Source: a virus
Length of the DNA stretch: 64,000 nucleotides
Direction: 5' to 3' (one strand)
Virus record (IMG/VR): IMGVR_UViG_3300044568_004391
Coordinates: 32,001-96,000 of that record
Shown here one piece after another: positions 19,746 to 28,406 of this stretch. The notes beneath the pieces were generated by a model. That model saw only the letters and a program-made list of their open reading frames with translations, was not told where the DNA came from and did not search any database. The position numbers and the translations under genes were made by a program. Numbering within the stretch: position 1 is the stretch's first letter; each line of letters begins with the position of its first letter.

Positions 19746-19982
19746 ATGATGACAATCGCTGAGATGCTTGCAGTTCAAAACCCGATGAAGTGGTCTGCAT
19801 TGGAAAACCCGATTGAACTCAGTCAGGTTTATATCAAATACGCTAGTCGGTGGGTAAATATGTCCGAGATCGAACGACTCATCGATCAGGAAACACCTGA
19901 AGAGTTCGAGTTCATTTTCACACGATCCGAAGACAAAGCAATCGTTGAGACCGTGATTGATATTTGGTCAACACTCAACTGA
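19746..19982 (+). CDS. Hypothetical protein
   Basis: Likely start MMTIAEML downstream of the promoter. Confidence 0.6.
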   Translation: MMTIAEMLAVQNPMKWSALENPIELSQVYIKYASRWVNMSEIERLIDQETPEEFEFIFTRSEDKAIVETVIDIWSTLN

Positions 19983-19993
19983 GTATAGATCGA

Positions 19994-20305
19994 TCACATG
20001 AAGTGTCTTTTAATCTTCTCGTGACTATATTCCATAATGACCTTCCTTACTTTGGGGAGGTCATTTTCATTTAGTTTCATTTTCTTGTTCAGATAATCAA
20101 TCATGTGAACTGTATCTGAATCCACGATTGTGTATTCGGATAAACCGATAGGTTTACTGGTGAAAGACTTCTTAGCTCTATCAAACCAAACCATAGAAAG
20201 GTTGGGAGATTCCAACTCTTCAAAAAACACACAATATCGTTGATCCTGTCTTTCAACGAAAACATTAAACTTTTCATCCAAGATTTTTATAATAGACTTC
20301 TTCAT
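19994..20305 (-). CDS. Hypothetical protein
   Basis: 103 aa; MKKSIIKILDE leader-like start. Confidence 0.6.
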   Translation of the reverse strand: MKKSIIKILDEKFNVFVERQDQRYCVFFEELESPNLSMVWFDRAKKSFTSKPIGLSEYTIVDSDTVHMIDYLNKKMKLNENDLPKVRKVIMEYSHEKIKRHFM

Positions 20306-20340
20306 ATTTATAAAATATAGTTTATTTAATATTTATCAAC

Positions 20341-20790
20341 ATGAAAATTTTAGATATCTTAAAAAGATTGATCAAGGAATATATTCATCCTGATGCTTCA
20401 GTTATATATGAAACAAAACTTAAAGGTAAGGATTTTATATTTTACGATAGTCCACACTTATATGAGATCAGAAAAGATTTTGGAACGGTTAGATTAAAAG
20501 ATATGTCATTGTTAATAGATATATGTAAGAGTACCGTGTTCAAGCTTTATACTCAGTACTATAGGATGAACAAACACTATAGAGAGATTGACGAGTACGA
20601 CCCCAAAAAAATCAGATTTGGAGTTGTAAAGAAGTTTGAAAATAAGGACGTGATGGTGATCATGCAGATTGAGAAGTTTGATAGAAAGGAGGGATTTATC
20701 ATCGTGGTGATAACAATCTTTGATGAGGAGGGTATAACACCAAGATCTTTGGAAAGAAATTATAATACAAGATTTTTCTTGGAAGTTTAA
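20341..20790 (+). CDS. Leader-bearing hypothetical protein (possible BECR/RelE-like fold)
   Basis: MKILDILKRLIKE leader; SPHLYEIR...IIVVITIF; TATTTAT 4 nt upstream. Confidence 0.55.
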   Translation: MKILDILKRLIKEYIHPDASVIYETKLKGKDFIFYDSPHLYEIRKDFGTVRLKDMSLLIDICKSTVFKLYTQYYRMNKHYREIDEYDPKKIRFGVVKKFENKDVMVIMQIEKFDRKEGFIIVVITIFDEEGITPRSLERNYNTRFFLEV

Positions 20791-20809
20791 GAAAAACGCC
20801 TTATATTTG
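20779..20809 (+). promoter_or_regulatory. Sigma-A promoter of small RNA copy 1
   Basis: TTG-N20-TATATTTG; duplicated exactly at 20959-20989. Confidence 0.75.
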
Positions 20810-20813
20810 TACT

Positions 20814-20949
20814 GTTAACGATGGTTAACTGGTCGTCGGGAGTTTAAATCATTCGTACCGAGACGAGATTATAAAGGATGATTAAAGGTTGATGTACCTC
20901 GATCGGGATGATCAAAAACATTAAAGGACCTTCGGGTCCTTTTTTTTTT
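20814..20949 (+). ncRNA. Unidentified structured small RNA, copy 1
   Basis: No meaningful ORF between promoter and GGACC-TTCG-GGTCC-T9 terminator; hairpins GTTAAC/GTTAAC, TCGTC-GG/CCG-A-GACGA, AGGT/ACCT. Confidence 0.7.
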
Positions 20950-20993
20950 ATGTGTTTTTTGGAAGTTTAAGAAAAACGCCTTATATTTGTACT

Positions 20994-21181
20994 GTTAACG
21001 ATGGTTGACTGGTCGCCAGGAGTCTGATTGTCTGTACTGGGACGAGATTATAAAAGATGATCATCGGATATTGAGTTAATCCGTACAATCTCAACGTCAA
21101 GAACCTGGCGATTAGGTTCAGGGGTGATGTACCTCAATCCGATCGGATGGAACACATCGAAGGACCTTCGGGTCCTTTTTT
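20994..21181 (+). ncRNA. Unidentified structured small RNA, copy 2 (with inserted hairpins)
   Basis: Same promoter, scaffold and terminator as copy 1; compensatory CCAG/CTGG stem; extra TTGAG/CTCAA and GAACCT/AGGTTC hairpins inside an ATCGGAT/ATCCGAT stem. Confidence 0.7.
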
Positions 21182-21238
21182 CGTTTTTGGAAATTTAAAA
21201 ACTTCGCTTTATATTTGTCCTATAAATCCTTTTCACTC

Positions 21239-21358
21239 ATGACAAAAGCACAAGTTAAAATGATGATCGAAATGTCGGATCCTGATTTCGTTTACACGAT
21301 GTTGTTGGATCAGGAATTGGATGATCTTGCGGATTGGGTTGCGGACGAATATTTTTAA
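21239..21358 (+). CDS. Small acidic protein (39 aa, not in ORF track)
   Basis: MTKAQVKMMIEMSDPDFVYTMLLDQELDDLADWVADEYF, behind a third diverged promoter copy (TATATTTG 21210). Confidence 0.55.
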   Translation: MTKAQVKMMIEMSDPDFVYTMLLDQELDDLADWVADEYF

Positions 21359-21359
21359 A

Positions 21360-21803
21360 ATGGAATGGACACACTATTTTCTCCAAATTGCGGAGACAGT
21401 TAAACTAAAATCAAAAGACCAACGCACACAGATAGGTGCGGTCATAGTTGGCGAGGATAATGAGATTGTATCCACGGGGTACAACTCATTTCCTCGTGGT
21501 ATTAATGATGATATTCAAGAACGACAAGAAAGACCCGAAAAATATTATTGGGTGGTTCATGCGGAAATGAATGCAATATTGAATGCTGCTCGTATTGGTA
21601 TGTCCACAAAAGATTGTACGATGTATCTTACTTGTGGTGTGCCGTGTTCAGATTGTTGCAGGGGAATAATTAACTCAGGAATCAAAAGAATATTTGTGAA
21701 GAGGGAAGACACCACCCGTAACCGTGAACATTGGGATGCTCACGCTGCTCGATCACGTGTGATGTTTGAAGAGAGTGGTGTCCAAGTTTGTTTTTACGAG
21801 TGA
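21360..21803 (+). CDS. dCMP deaminase
   Basis: STGYN, HAEMNA and PCSDC zinc motifs; start MEWTHYF. Confidence 0.9.
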   Translation: MEWTHYFLQIAETVKLKSKDQRTQIGAVIVGEDNEIVSTGYNSFPRGINDDIQERQERPEKYYWVVHAEMNAILNAARIGMSTKDCTMYLTCGVPCSDCCRGIINSGIKRIFVKREDTTRNREHWDAHAARSRVMFEESGVQVCFYE

Positions 21804-21822
21804 AATTTACTATTTTCTCAGC

Positions 21823-22413
21823 ATGAAAAATTACACAGATAAGGATGTCATCAGCATTCTTGAAAACAACTTTATATCACAACTGTCGAATACAGAATAT
21901 GGTAAAATGATTCAATGTGCTGCGGAAGAATACATCGAACATAGAGTCAATCAAATTGCGGGGGAACCTATTTTGGTAAATGTAACTGACTCCAAAGAGT
22001 TGATGGAAGAATTTCACTATCAAAACAACGGACCAGGTTTCGACAGACTAACCAAGAACGGTAAAAAAATCCAAATCAAATTCAGACAAGTCGATGGTAA
22101 TACACCATACACCAGACAAACTCACTTCTCAAATACAAGGAGACATAGCAAGAAAAACAAAGGGAATGGTGATCAAACCGGTATGATTGCTTATCGTAAT
22201 GATGAGTTTGATTTTGTTTTGGTCATTCTGTGTCATATCAAAGATGGGGTTAGAAAAAACTACAAAGAATGGTCATTTTCTCTAATACCTGTTGATGAAT
22301 TGGTAGATGTTAACAATAGTCCATTTTTACTTGCGAGTATACCTTCAGATAGACTTTACAAATACAAATGTGATGATATTTATATGTTAACAACAAAACT
22401 CAAGGAACTATGA
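21823..22413 (+). CDS. Putative Type II restriction endonuclease (PD-(D/E)xK)
   Basis: GFD...IQIK motif; translationally coupled to the MTase. Confidence 0.5.
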   Translation: MKNYTDKDVISILENNFISQLSNTEYGKMIQCAAEEYIEHRVNQIAGEPILVNVTDSKELMEEFHYQNNGPGFDRLTKNGKKIQIKFRQVDGNTPYTRQTHFSNTRRHSKKNKGNGDQTGMIAYRNDEFDFVLVILCHIKDGVRKNYKEWSFSLIPVDELVDVNNSPFLLASIPSDRLYKYKCDDIYMLTTKLKEL

Positions 22414-23336
22414 ACCAATATATCGTAGGTGATAATATAAACGAATTAATTCGATTAAGGGAGAATAGTTCTATTGTGGATTTGATCTACTTCGATCCAC
22501 CATATAACACAGGAAGAGATTTCGACGATTTCAATGATAAGTACGAAACATATCAATCCTATCGAGAAGATTTTATCAAACCGAGGTTGGAGATTATGAT
22601 TGATTTACTTTCAGATAATGGTGTTATAGTTGTACATGTCGAACCATCGGTTTCTCACCATATCAGAATAGCATTGGATGACGTTTTCGGTGAGAAAAAC
22701 TTTGTCAACGAAATTGTATGGAAAAGCGGTGGGAACAAGAAGTCCACAAAGAAGTTGATGAGATTTCATGACACCATCATCGTTTATTCCAAGAAATCCA
22801 AATACACCTATAATCCTCAATACCTTCCTTATGACGAGGATTACAGAAAAACTAATACCATCAAAAAGGATGATAAAGGTGAATACACGACATCGGCCGC
22901 TCACAACTCACAACCTAATGTAGTCAAAAGACCAAATTTAAGGTATGAGTGGAACGGACACCACAAACAATGGTGGTGGTCTGAAGAAAGAATGAGAGAA
23001 TTACACTCACAGGATAGATTGGAATACAATGAAAACGGAGTGCCAAGGGTAAAAAAATACTTGAAAGAAATGGACGGTATTCCCGTAAGAGATTTGTGGC
23101 TGGATATAAATCAAATACAGGGTAATGAAAAGCTTGATTATGCAACTCAGAAACCAGTCAAGTTACTCGAAAGGATTGTAAAGATGTTTTCAAACGAAGG
23201 TGATTTGGTCTTGGATCCATTTGCAGGTTCAGGAACCACAGGAAGAGCTTGTATTAATACCAAAAGGAATTACATCATGTTGGACATAAATCCGAAGGGT
23301 AGGGAGATATTCGAAGAATCTATAAAATCAAATTAG
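22410..23336 (+). CDS. Beta-class N6-adenine/N4-cytosine DNA methyltransferase
   Basis: DPPY, TQKP and LDPFAGSGTT. Confidence 0.92.
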   Translation: MNQYIVGDNINELIRLRENSSIVDLIYFDPPYNTGRDFDDFNDKYETYQSYREDFIKPRLEIMIDLLSDNGVIVVHVEPSVSHHIRIALDDVFGEKNFVNEIVWKSGGNKKSTKKLMRFHDTIIVYSKKSKYTYNPQYLPYDEDYRKTNTIKKDDKGEYTTSAAHNSQPNVVKRPNLRYEWNGHHKQWWWSEERMRELHSQDRLEYNENGVPRVKKYLKEMDGIPVRDLWLDINQIQGNEKLDYATQKPVKLLERIVKMFSNEGDLVLDPFAGSGTTGRACINTKRNYIMLDINPKGREIFEESIKSN

Positions 23337-23384
23337 CTGAATTTATTTTAGAAATCATCAAACACGGAAGTATATGAACTTAAC

Positions 23385-23428
23385 AAAGTTTTGTTTTAGG
23401 ACAAAACTTAATTATCTTTGTAATCATG
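23385..23428 (+). repeat. Palindromic promoter/operator repeat, copy A
   Basis: 39/44 identical to 25861-25904; contains AAGTTTTGT...ACAAAACTT inverted repeat and TATCTTTG. Confidence 0.8.
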
Positions 23429-24904
23429 GGAACTCAAGAACTCTATAAGTCAGTCAACGAGAAAGACGTTGAAAATCTCTATCGTCACACCTTGATGAAG
23501 AAATTCAAGGATATGGAGATCACATCACCTTTTGGGTGTGACGGATTTGCAGTATCCAAACAACATAAGATCCGTACTCTTCTTGAGTTCAAAGATGACT
23601 TGAACTTGAATTCGAAATTGGAACAGTCCAAAGTTTTGGCTCAGGCAATCTACTACGTCAAAAAGTTTTACGATAAGGGTCAAATTCCTCCTTCCACAAT
23701 CTTTGTTGGTGATCGTAATGAATGTTTGGCTCTTCACGTCAACAGTCTTTTGAAATACCTTGAGATGGATTTGGATTGGTCGATTGCACCATCTTCCGCT
23801 CACAAAAATGTGGAACTGATTTCCATGTTGATGGATGACCAAGAAGTTTGTCCATTTGTATTCAACTCAGATCACTTCGAACAGTGTATCGACAAGATCA
23901 AAGACCTTACGGATAACATTCAACGTAAAGTAATTGTAACCGATAAAAATATCACTGAGGTCTTTCGTTATTTTGAGGAAAAGATCCTGACCAAAACTTG
24001 TAAACTCTCAACCAACGAGAAGGCAAACCTCTTTGTTCAGCTCTTAGTGAACAACGTAGACAACTATCTCCATCCGTTCGATAAAAGGAAGATGGTTGTA
24101 ACCAAGAGTTTCGGTGAGATTCCTATCGTGTCTCGTGAATCCTTTGTTTCTTTCTTTTCTCACTTTGCGTCTTCGTACTCTCCATCTCAAAAACATAAAT
24201 TGACCGCTGTGGTTGACCGAATTGTTGAGGATGTAACTCGTCGTAAACAAGGTGAGTTCTTCACACCGGCAATTTGGGTTGACAAAGCTCACGAGTACAT
24301 CGCTTCTGTATATGGTGACGATTGGAAAGAAAAGTATGTCGTTTGGGATCCTGCATGGGGAACAGGTAATCTGACCCGTGACTATAAGTTTAAGGAACTG
24401 TACGCTTCAACCTTGAATCAATCTGACATCGATACTGCTAATCAGATGGGGTACAATCCTGAAGCGATGAAGTTTCAGTACGATTTCTTGAATGATGACT
24501 ACGAAAAACTTCCTAAAGGACTTAGGGTTGCTATTGAGGAAGGTCGTCAAATCATTGTGTTGATGAATCCGCCTTATGGTCGAGCATCGAATGGTCGTAT
24601 TGCCGATGGTTCATCGAGAACGGGTATTGCTATGACGAGTTTGCGTGATGAAATGTTGAACGAAGATTATGGTAAATCTGTTCAACAACTTTACACACAA
24701 TTCATGTATAAGTGTAAAAAATATGGTATGAATATTTGTATGTTCTCAAAACCTAATTTCGCAACTGCACCATCATTTGATAAATTTAGAAAAAACTTTA
24801 TGTTAGAGTATGACTTTAGTGGTGGTTTTGTAATGGACGCTTCTGAATTCGCTGACGTAAAATCTTGGCCTTTAACCTTTACTATTTTATCGTTTAAGAA
24901 ATAA
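23426..24904 (+). CDS. Type IIG/I-like nuclease-methyltransferase, N-terminal part
   Basis: N-terminal D...LEFK nuclease-like motif; GEFFTP, DPAWGTG and NPPY gamma-class N6A MTase motifs. Confidence 0.8.
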   Translation: MGTQELYKSVNEKDVENLYRHTLMKKFKDMEITSPFGCDGFAVSKQHKIRTLLEFKDDLNLNSKLEQSKVLAQAIYYVKKFYDKGQIPPSTIFVGDRNECLALHVNSLLKYLEMDLDWSIAPSSAHKNVELISMLMDDQEVCPFVFNSDHFEQCIDKIKDLTDNIQRKVIVTDKNITEVFRYFEEKILTKTCKLSTNEKANLFVQLLVNNVDNYLHPFDKRKMVVTKSFGEIPIVSRESFVSFFSHFASSYSPSQKHKLTAVVDRIVEDVTRRKQGEFFTPAIWVDKAHEYIASVYGDDWKEKYVVWDPAWGTGNLTRDYKFKELYASTLNQSDIDTANQMGYNPEAMKFQYDFLNDDYEKLPKGLRVAIEEGRQIIVLMNPPYGRASNGRIADGSSRTGIAMTSLRDEMLNEDYGKSVQQLYTQFMYKCKKYGMNICMFSKPNFATAPSFDKFRKNFMLEYDFSGGFVMDASEFADVKSWPLTFTILSFKK

Positions 24905-24937
24905 ATTGTATATTTGTATTAACAAAAAGAATAAATT

Positions 24938-25846
24938 ATGTTTGATTACGACATCTTAAAGGTTAATGACTTTAACATTCAAAAAGAAGGGGTTAAGAAA
25001 TATTACAGTACTGATGGTTTACGAACTATTAAAGAATGGTATAAAGATGAGGATAGTCCTTCAATAGATTTCCCTGGTTGTTCTAGTGTGTTTAATTTGA
25101 CCAAATCAAATAAATCAACAATTAGAGAGAATAGTGTTGGGTATTTTTATTCTGATAGTAATTCAGTTGAAAAAAACTCACTGAATGTCGGGTTATTTAC
25201 TATGGGGTTTTCTCATGGTCAGGGTAATTCGGTAACTAAGAATAACTTTGTTAAAGTTACCGCATCATTTTCTGCTCGTAGACTCATAGTTCCAAATTGG
25301 ATTAATGAAAAAGACGAATATCTTTGGCCAAATGAAGTTCATGAACAATTTGAACAATTTAATTACGATTCATTGGTTTATTCACTATTTAACAATGCGT
25401 CATATCAATCATCTCTTCGTCAAGTAACCTACAAAGGTAAATTGTGGGATATCAAGAACGAGTTCTTTTGGATGTCCGCAGAACGGATGAAGGAGTTGGC
25501 TGACAACAACGGGTATGATAATCTTTACAACGACGCAAGGACTTCACCCAACCGTCACGTTTACAACCTGTTGTTTGGTGAGGAAAGGATCTACGATAAA
25601 CTCTCTCCTGATGCCAAAGCTGTCTTGGACAAAGCAACAGAACTCGTGGAGAAGTCTATCAAGATGAGGATGATCATGTCCAACGATGAGAACCACCTTG
25701 ACTCATGGGATGCAGGATATGCTCAACTAAAACTTGTTTGGAAGGAGTACTTCTCTGATGACTTCAAGGAGTTCCGTCAACTTTACAAGAATATGGAAGA
25801 CCGCATGAGACCTTTGGTTTACGAACTAGGTTTCCTTATGAAGTGA
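24938..25846 (+). CDS. Probable specificity/C-terminal subunit of the preceding RM enzyme
   Basis: Directly follows the MTase; both lie within flanking 44-bp repeats. Confidence 0.55.
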   Translation: MFDYDILKVNDFNIQKEGVKKYYSTDGLRTIKEWYKDEDSPSIDFPGCSSVFNLTKSNKSTIRENSVGYFYSDSNSVEKNSLNVGLFTMGFSHGQGNSVTKNNFVKVTASFSARRLIVPNWINEKDEYLWPNEVHEQFEQFNYDSLVYSLFNNASYQSSLRQVTYKGKLWDIKNEFFWMSAERMKELADNNGYDNLYNDARTSPNRHVYNLLFGEERIYDKLSPDAKAVLDKATELVEKSIKMRMIMSNDENHLDSWDAGYAQLKLVWKEYFSDDFKEFRQLYKNMEDRMRPLVYELGFLMK

Positions 25847-25860
25847 TATAAAAACCAAAG

Positions 25861-25904
25861 AAAGTTTTGTTTTACGACAAAACTTTTTTATCTTTGTAGT
25901 TATG
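25861..25904 (+). repeat. Palindromic promoter/operator repeat, copy B
   Basis: See copy A; TTTG-N19-TATCTTTG. Confidence 0.8.
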
Positions 25905-26162
25905 AAAACTATCACAGAAAAAACGCTGAAGAAATTTGGATTTCAGAAGGAGGAAAGTTATGACACTAACGACGGGGTTCCTGACTTTTACTATTACACC
26001 TTGGATATTGGAAGTCTTTCTTTGATTACCAATACGGATGATATGGCAAAAACTGATGGTTGGATTGTTGAAATCTTTGATCACGGTGACTTTACCGTTT
26101 GTCACAAGAAAGAACTGAAGAAACTTATCAACTCACTTTATTGTATTTTGGACGTAGAATGA
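25902..26162 (+). CDS. Hypothetical protein
   Basis: 86 aa; first gene of a small-ORF operon. Confidence 0.65.
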   Translation: MKTITEKTLKKFGFQKEESYDTNDGVPDFYYYTLDIGSLSLITNTDDMAKTDGWIVEIFDHGDFTVCHKKELKKLINSLYCILDVE

Positions 26163-26626
26163 ATCACTTCAGATTTTTATCGGTATACAATTCACCGTTT
26201 GTTCGCCCGAAGATCAAATGGTATTTTGGTAAGGTCGCCGTCGGTGTGCCGTATTCTCTTCCGAGAAAACGGTTCGGATTTGACTTTGTTGATCTCGGAT
26301 GGAAAACCAAATGGGATAAGGACGATTTCAGGTTTGAATGGAATCCGATGATCTCGTTTGTATTTTGGAAATGGCAGGTTGCATTGTCCTTTGTTCCTGA
26401 CAATATGGATACATATTGGGAAGCTTGGCTTTATTATGAACTCAGGACCGACAAGACCAAATCCAAGATGGAAAGACTAGCTCAATGCCGAGTTAAATTT
26501 CCGATTACCAACACGACATACAATGGAAATAAAAAATATATCATTGATTGGTATGATTTTATCTTGAAGGAAAAATATCTCGTCGATCATGAGTATAGTC
26601 GCATTTTCAAAAACTCGAAAAAATAA
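26159..26626 (+). CDS. Hypothetical protein
   Basis: Start MNHFRF overlaps the upstream stop (ATGA). Confidence 0.65.
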   Translation: MNHFRFLSVYNSPFVRPKIKWYFGKVAVGVPYSLPRKRFGFDFVDLGWKTKWDKDDFRFEWNPMISFVFWKWQVALSFVPDNMDTYWEAWLYYELRTDKTKSKMERLAQCRVKFPITNTTYNGNKKYIIDWYDFILKEKYLVDHEYSRIFKNSKK

Positions 26627-26637
26627 AACTTATAAAT

Positions 26638-26880
26638 ATGAGCACTTGGAATCATAGGGTATTGGCCCAAAAAGAAGGAGATGGAATTTACTTTCAGATC
26701 CACGAAGTATATTATGACAAAGAAGGAAAACCTGATGGGTTTACCAAAGAGGGAATTAGTGTTGGTGGAGATAGTTTGGAAAGTCTGAGTTGGGTTTTGG
26801 AACGAATGAAAGAATGTCTTGACAAACCTGTATTATCCTATAGTGATTTTCCGAATGAATTTAATAGTGAAAAAAAATGA
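26638..26880 (+). CDS. Hypothetical phage protein
   Basis: MSTWNHRV...IHEVYY...KPVL pattern. Confidence 0.7.
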   Translation: MSTWNHRVLAQKEGDGIYFQIHEVYYDKEGKPDGFTKEGISVGGDSLESLSWVLERMKECLDKPVLSYSDFPNEFNSEKK

Positions 26881-27095
26881 AACAAAGAACCGCAATGCAA
26901 ACCTTGATTCATGAGATAAGCAAATCTCCAATCTCAAATCTGTCTATTTTAAATCTGATTGAAGATTTGCAACTGCTTGAGATGGAAAAGGAACAGATTA
27001 TGGGTGCTTACGATGCCTATGCCGGATTTGCGGTCTGGGGACTTCCTACAGCAGAGGACTACTACAACGAAACCTTTACTACCGACGAGAAATGA
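26877..27095 (+). CDS. Hypothetical phage protein
   Basis: TAMQ...MEKEQIM.AY...AEDYYNETF pattern. Confidence 0.7.
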   Translation: MKQRTAMQTLIHEISKSPISNLSILNLIEDLQLLEMEKEQIMGAYDAYAGFAVWGLPTAEDYYNETFTTDEK

Positions 27096-27286
27096 AAGTT
27101 CATGTTGTAACTGCTCAGAACGTATATCAGGGAAACCAACACTCTTATGTGGTCGGGGTATATGATAATTTTGAGGATGCTAAAAAATCAATTGATATTG
27201 AAGAAATGAATAGAGGTGGGAAGTATGAATGTAGGATCGATGATTTTACACTCAATACTATACCTGAAGAACTAACTAGTGATTAA
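27092..27286 (+). CDS. Hypothetical protein
   Basis: 64 aa, coupled. Confidence 0.6.
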   Translation: MKVHVVTAQNVYQGNQHSYVVGVYDNFEDAKKSIDIEEMNRGGKYECRIDDFTLNTIPEELTSD

Positions 27287-27287
27287 G

Positions 27288-27578
27288 ATGAATAAGAACT
27301 CAGAAAGATACAGGCTTATACTCCACGAGAATTTCAACGATAAAGGTGTGATTGACAGTAAGTATTACACAATCCAAAAGAGAAAAAATATTTTGGGGTT
27401 TTCTTATTGGAAAGACATCAAATCTCAAAAAATAATCAGAGGTAAATTTTTTGAATTTAAAACAACGTTTATGTCGTTGAAAGATGCTCAAAAATTTATT
27501 GATGATGTTTTGTCTCGTGATGTTCCAAGAGATAAAACATTGAAAACGATTATCTATAATAAAACTAAAAAAAATTAA
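27288..27578 (+). CDS. Hypothetical protein
   Basis: Basic 96 aa ORF. Confidence 0.55.
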   Translation: MNKNSERYRLILHENFNDKGVIDSKYYTIQKRKNILGFSYWKDIKSQKIIRGKFFEFKTTFMSLKDAQKFIDDVLSRDVPRDKTLKTIIYNKTKKN

Positions 27579-27580
27579 AT

Positions 27581-27748
27581 ATGTCTGAAGTTAATCATAG
27601 TTTATATGAAATATTGCATGATTTATTTCTCGATGCTTATGAGTTGGGTGTAGTTGCAAAGGATATGAATGAAATAGATTATATAAATTTTCGTAAAGAA
27701 TCTATCAACAAATCAATTCAAGAAATAAATAATACTTTAAATAAATAA
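27581..27748 (+). CDS. Small hypothetical protein (55 aa, not in ORF track)
   Basis: MSEVNHSLYEILHDLF...; fills the gap in the operon. Confidence 0.5.
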   Translation: MSEVNHSLYEILHDLFLDAYELGVVAKDMNEIDYINFRKESINKSIQEINNTLNK

Positions 27749-27758
27749 AAAACAAAAT

Positions 27759-27983
27759 ATGAAAGCAACTCTGAAGTTTGATTTACCAGAAGATGATCGT
27801 GATTTCCGAATGGCAACCACAGGTAATTCGATGCATACTGTTTTACGGGAAATGGATGTATGGTTGAGGTGTAAAACAAAATATGCACCCGATTCCACGA
27901 GTCAGGATACAATTGATGCGTATGAACGTAGTAGAGAAAGACTTTACCAACTATTGGATCAGTATAATATAGATTTAGAATGA
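27759..27983 (+). CDS. Hypothetical phage protein
   Basis: MKATLKFDLPED...LR...KY pattern. Confidence 0.7.
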   Translation: MKATLKFDLPEDDRDFRMATTGNSMHTVLREMDVWLRCKTKYAPDSTSQDTIDAYERSRERLYQLLDQYNIDLE

Positions 27984-28405
27984 AAAGAATCTACTTAGAC
28001 GACATCAGAACACCGAAACCTGAAACGGGTGATTGGGTCGTTGTTAGAAACTATGATGAGTTTGTAAAGGCTGTAACTTTGATTGGTTTACGGAACATCA
28101 GTTTGATATCTTTAGATCATGATTTGGATGAATCGGCTATGAAAGAATGGTATAATAGTGTTTATCACAACTACACTTTAGATTATAATAACATTACCGA
28201 TAAAACAGGAATGGATTGTGCCAAATGGTTGGTTGAACAATGGTTGAATGGAGAACCTGTAGTACAGGTAATGATCCATTCAGCCAATGCTGTTGGTGGT
28301 GATAACATGATGGGATTTATTAACAACTACAAACATATTCATCGTTTACCTCAGGACTGTAATAGGTGGGTAGTACCTCATGATATGGAAACAATAATTG
28401 AATAA
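27980..28405 (+). CDS. Cyclic-phosphate processing receiver-domain protein
   Basis: IYLDDIRTP, SLDHDL, TGMDCAKWL and HSAN motifs. Confidence 0.75.
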   Translation: MKRIYLDDIRTPKPETGDWVVVRNYDEFVKAVTLIGLRNISLISLDHDLDESAMKEWYNSVYHNYTLDYNNITDKTGMDCAKWLVEQWLNGEPVVQVMIHSANAVGGDNMMGFINNYKHIHRLPQDCNRWVVPHDMETIIE

Positions 28406-28406
28406 T

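Noticed and set aside
20779-21217. CRISPR mini-array
   Set aside because: The repeats are promoter and terminator blocks, the intervening segments are homologous to each other rather than unique spacers, and no cas genes are present.
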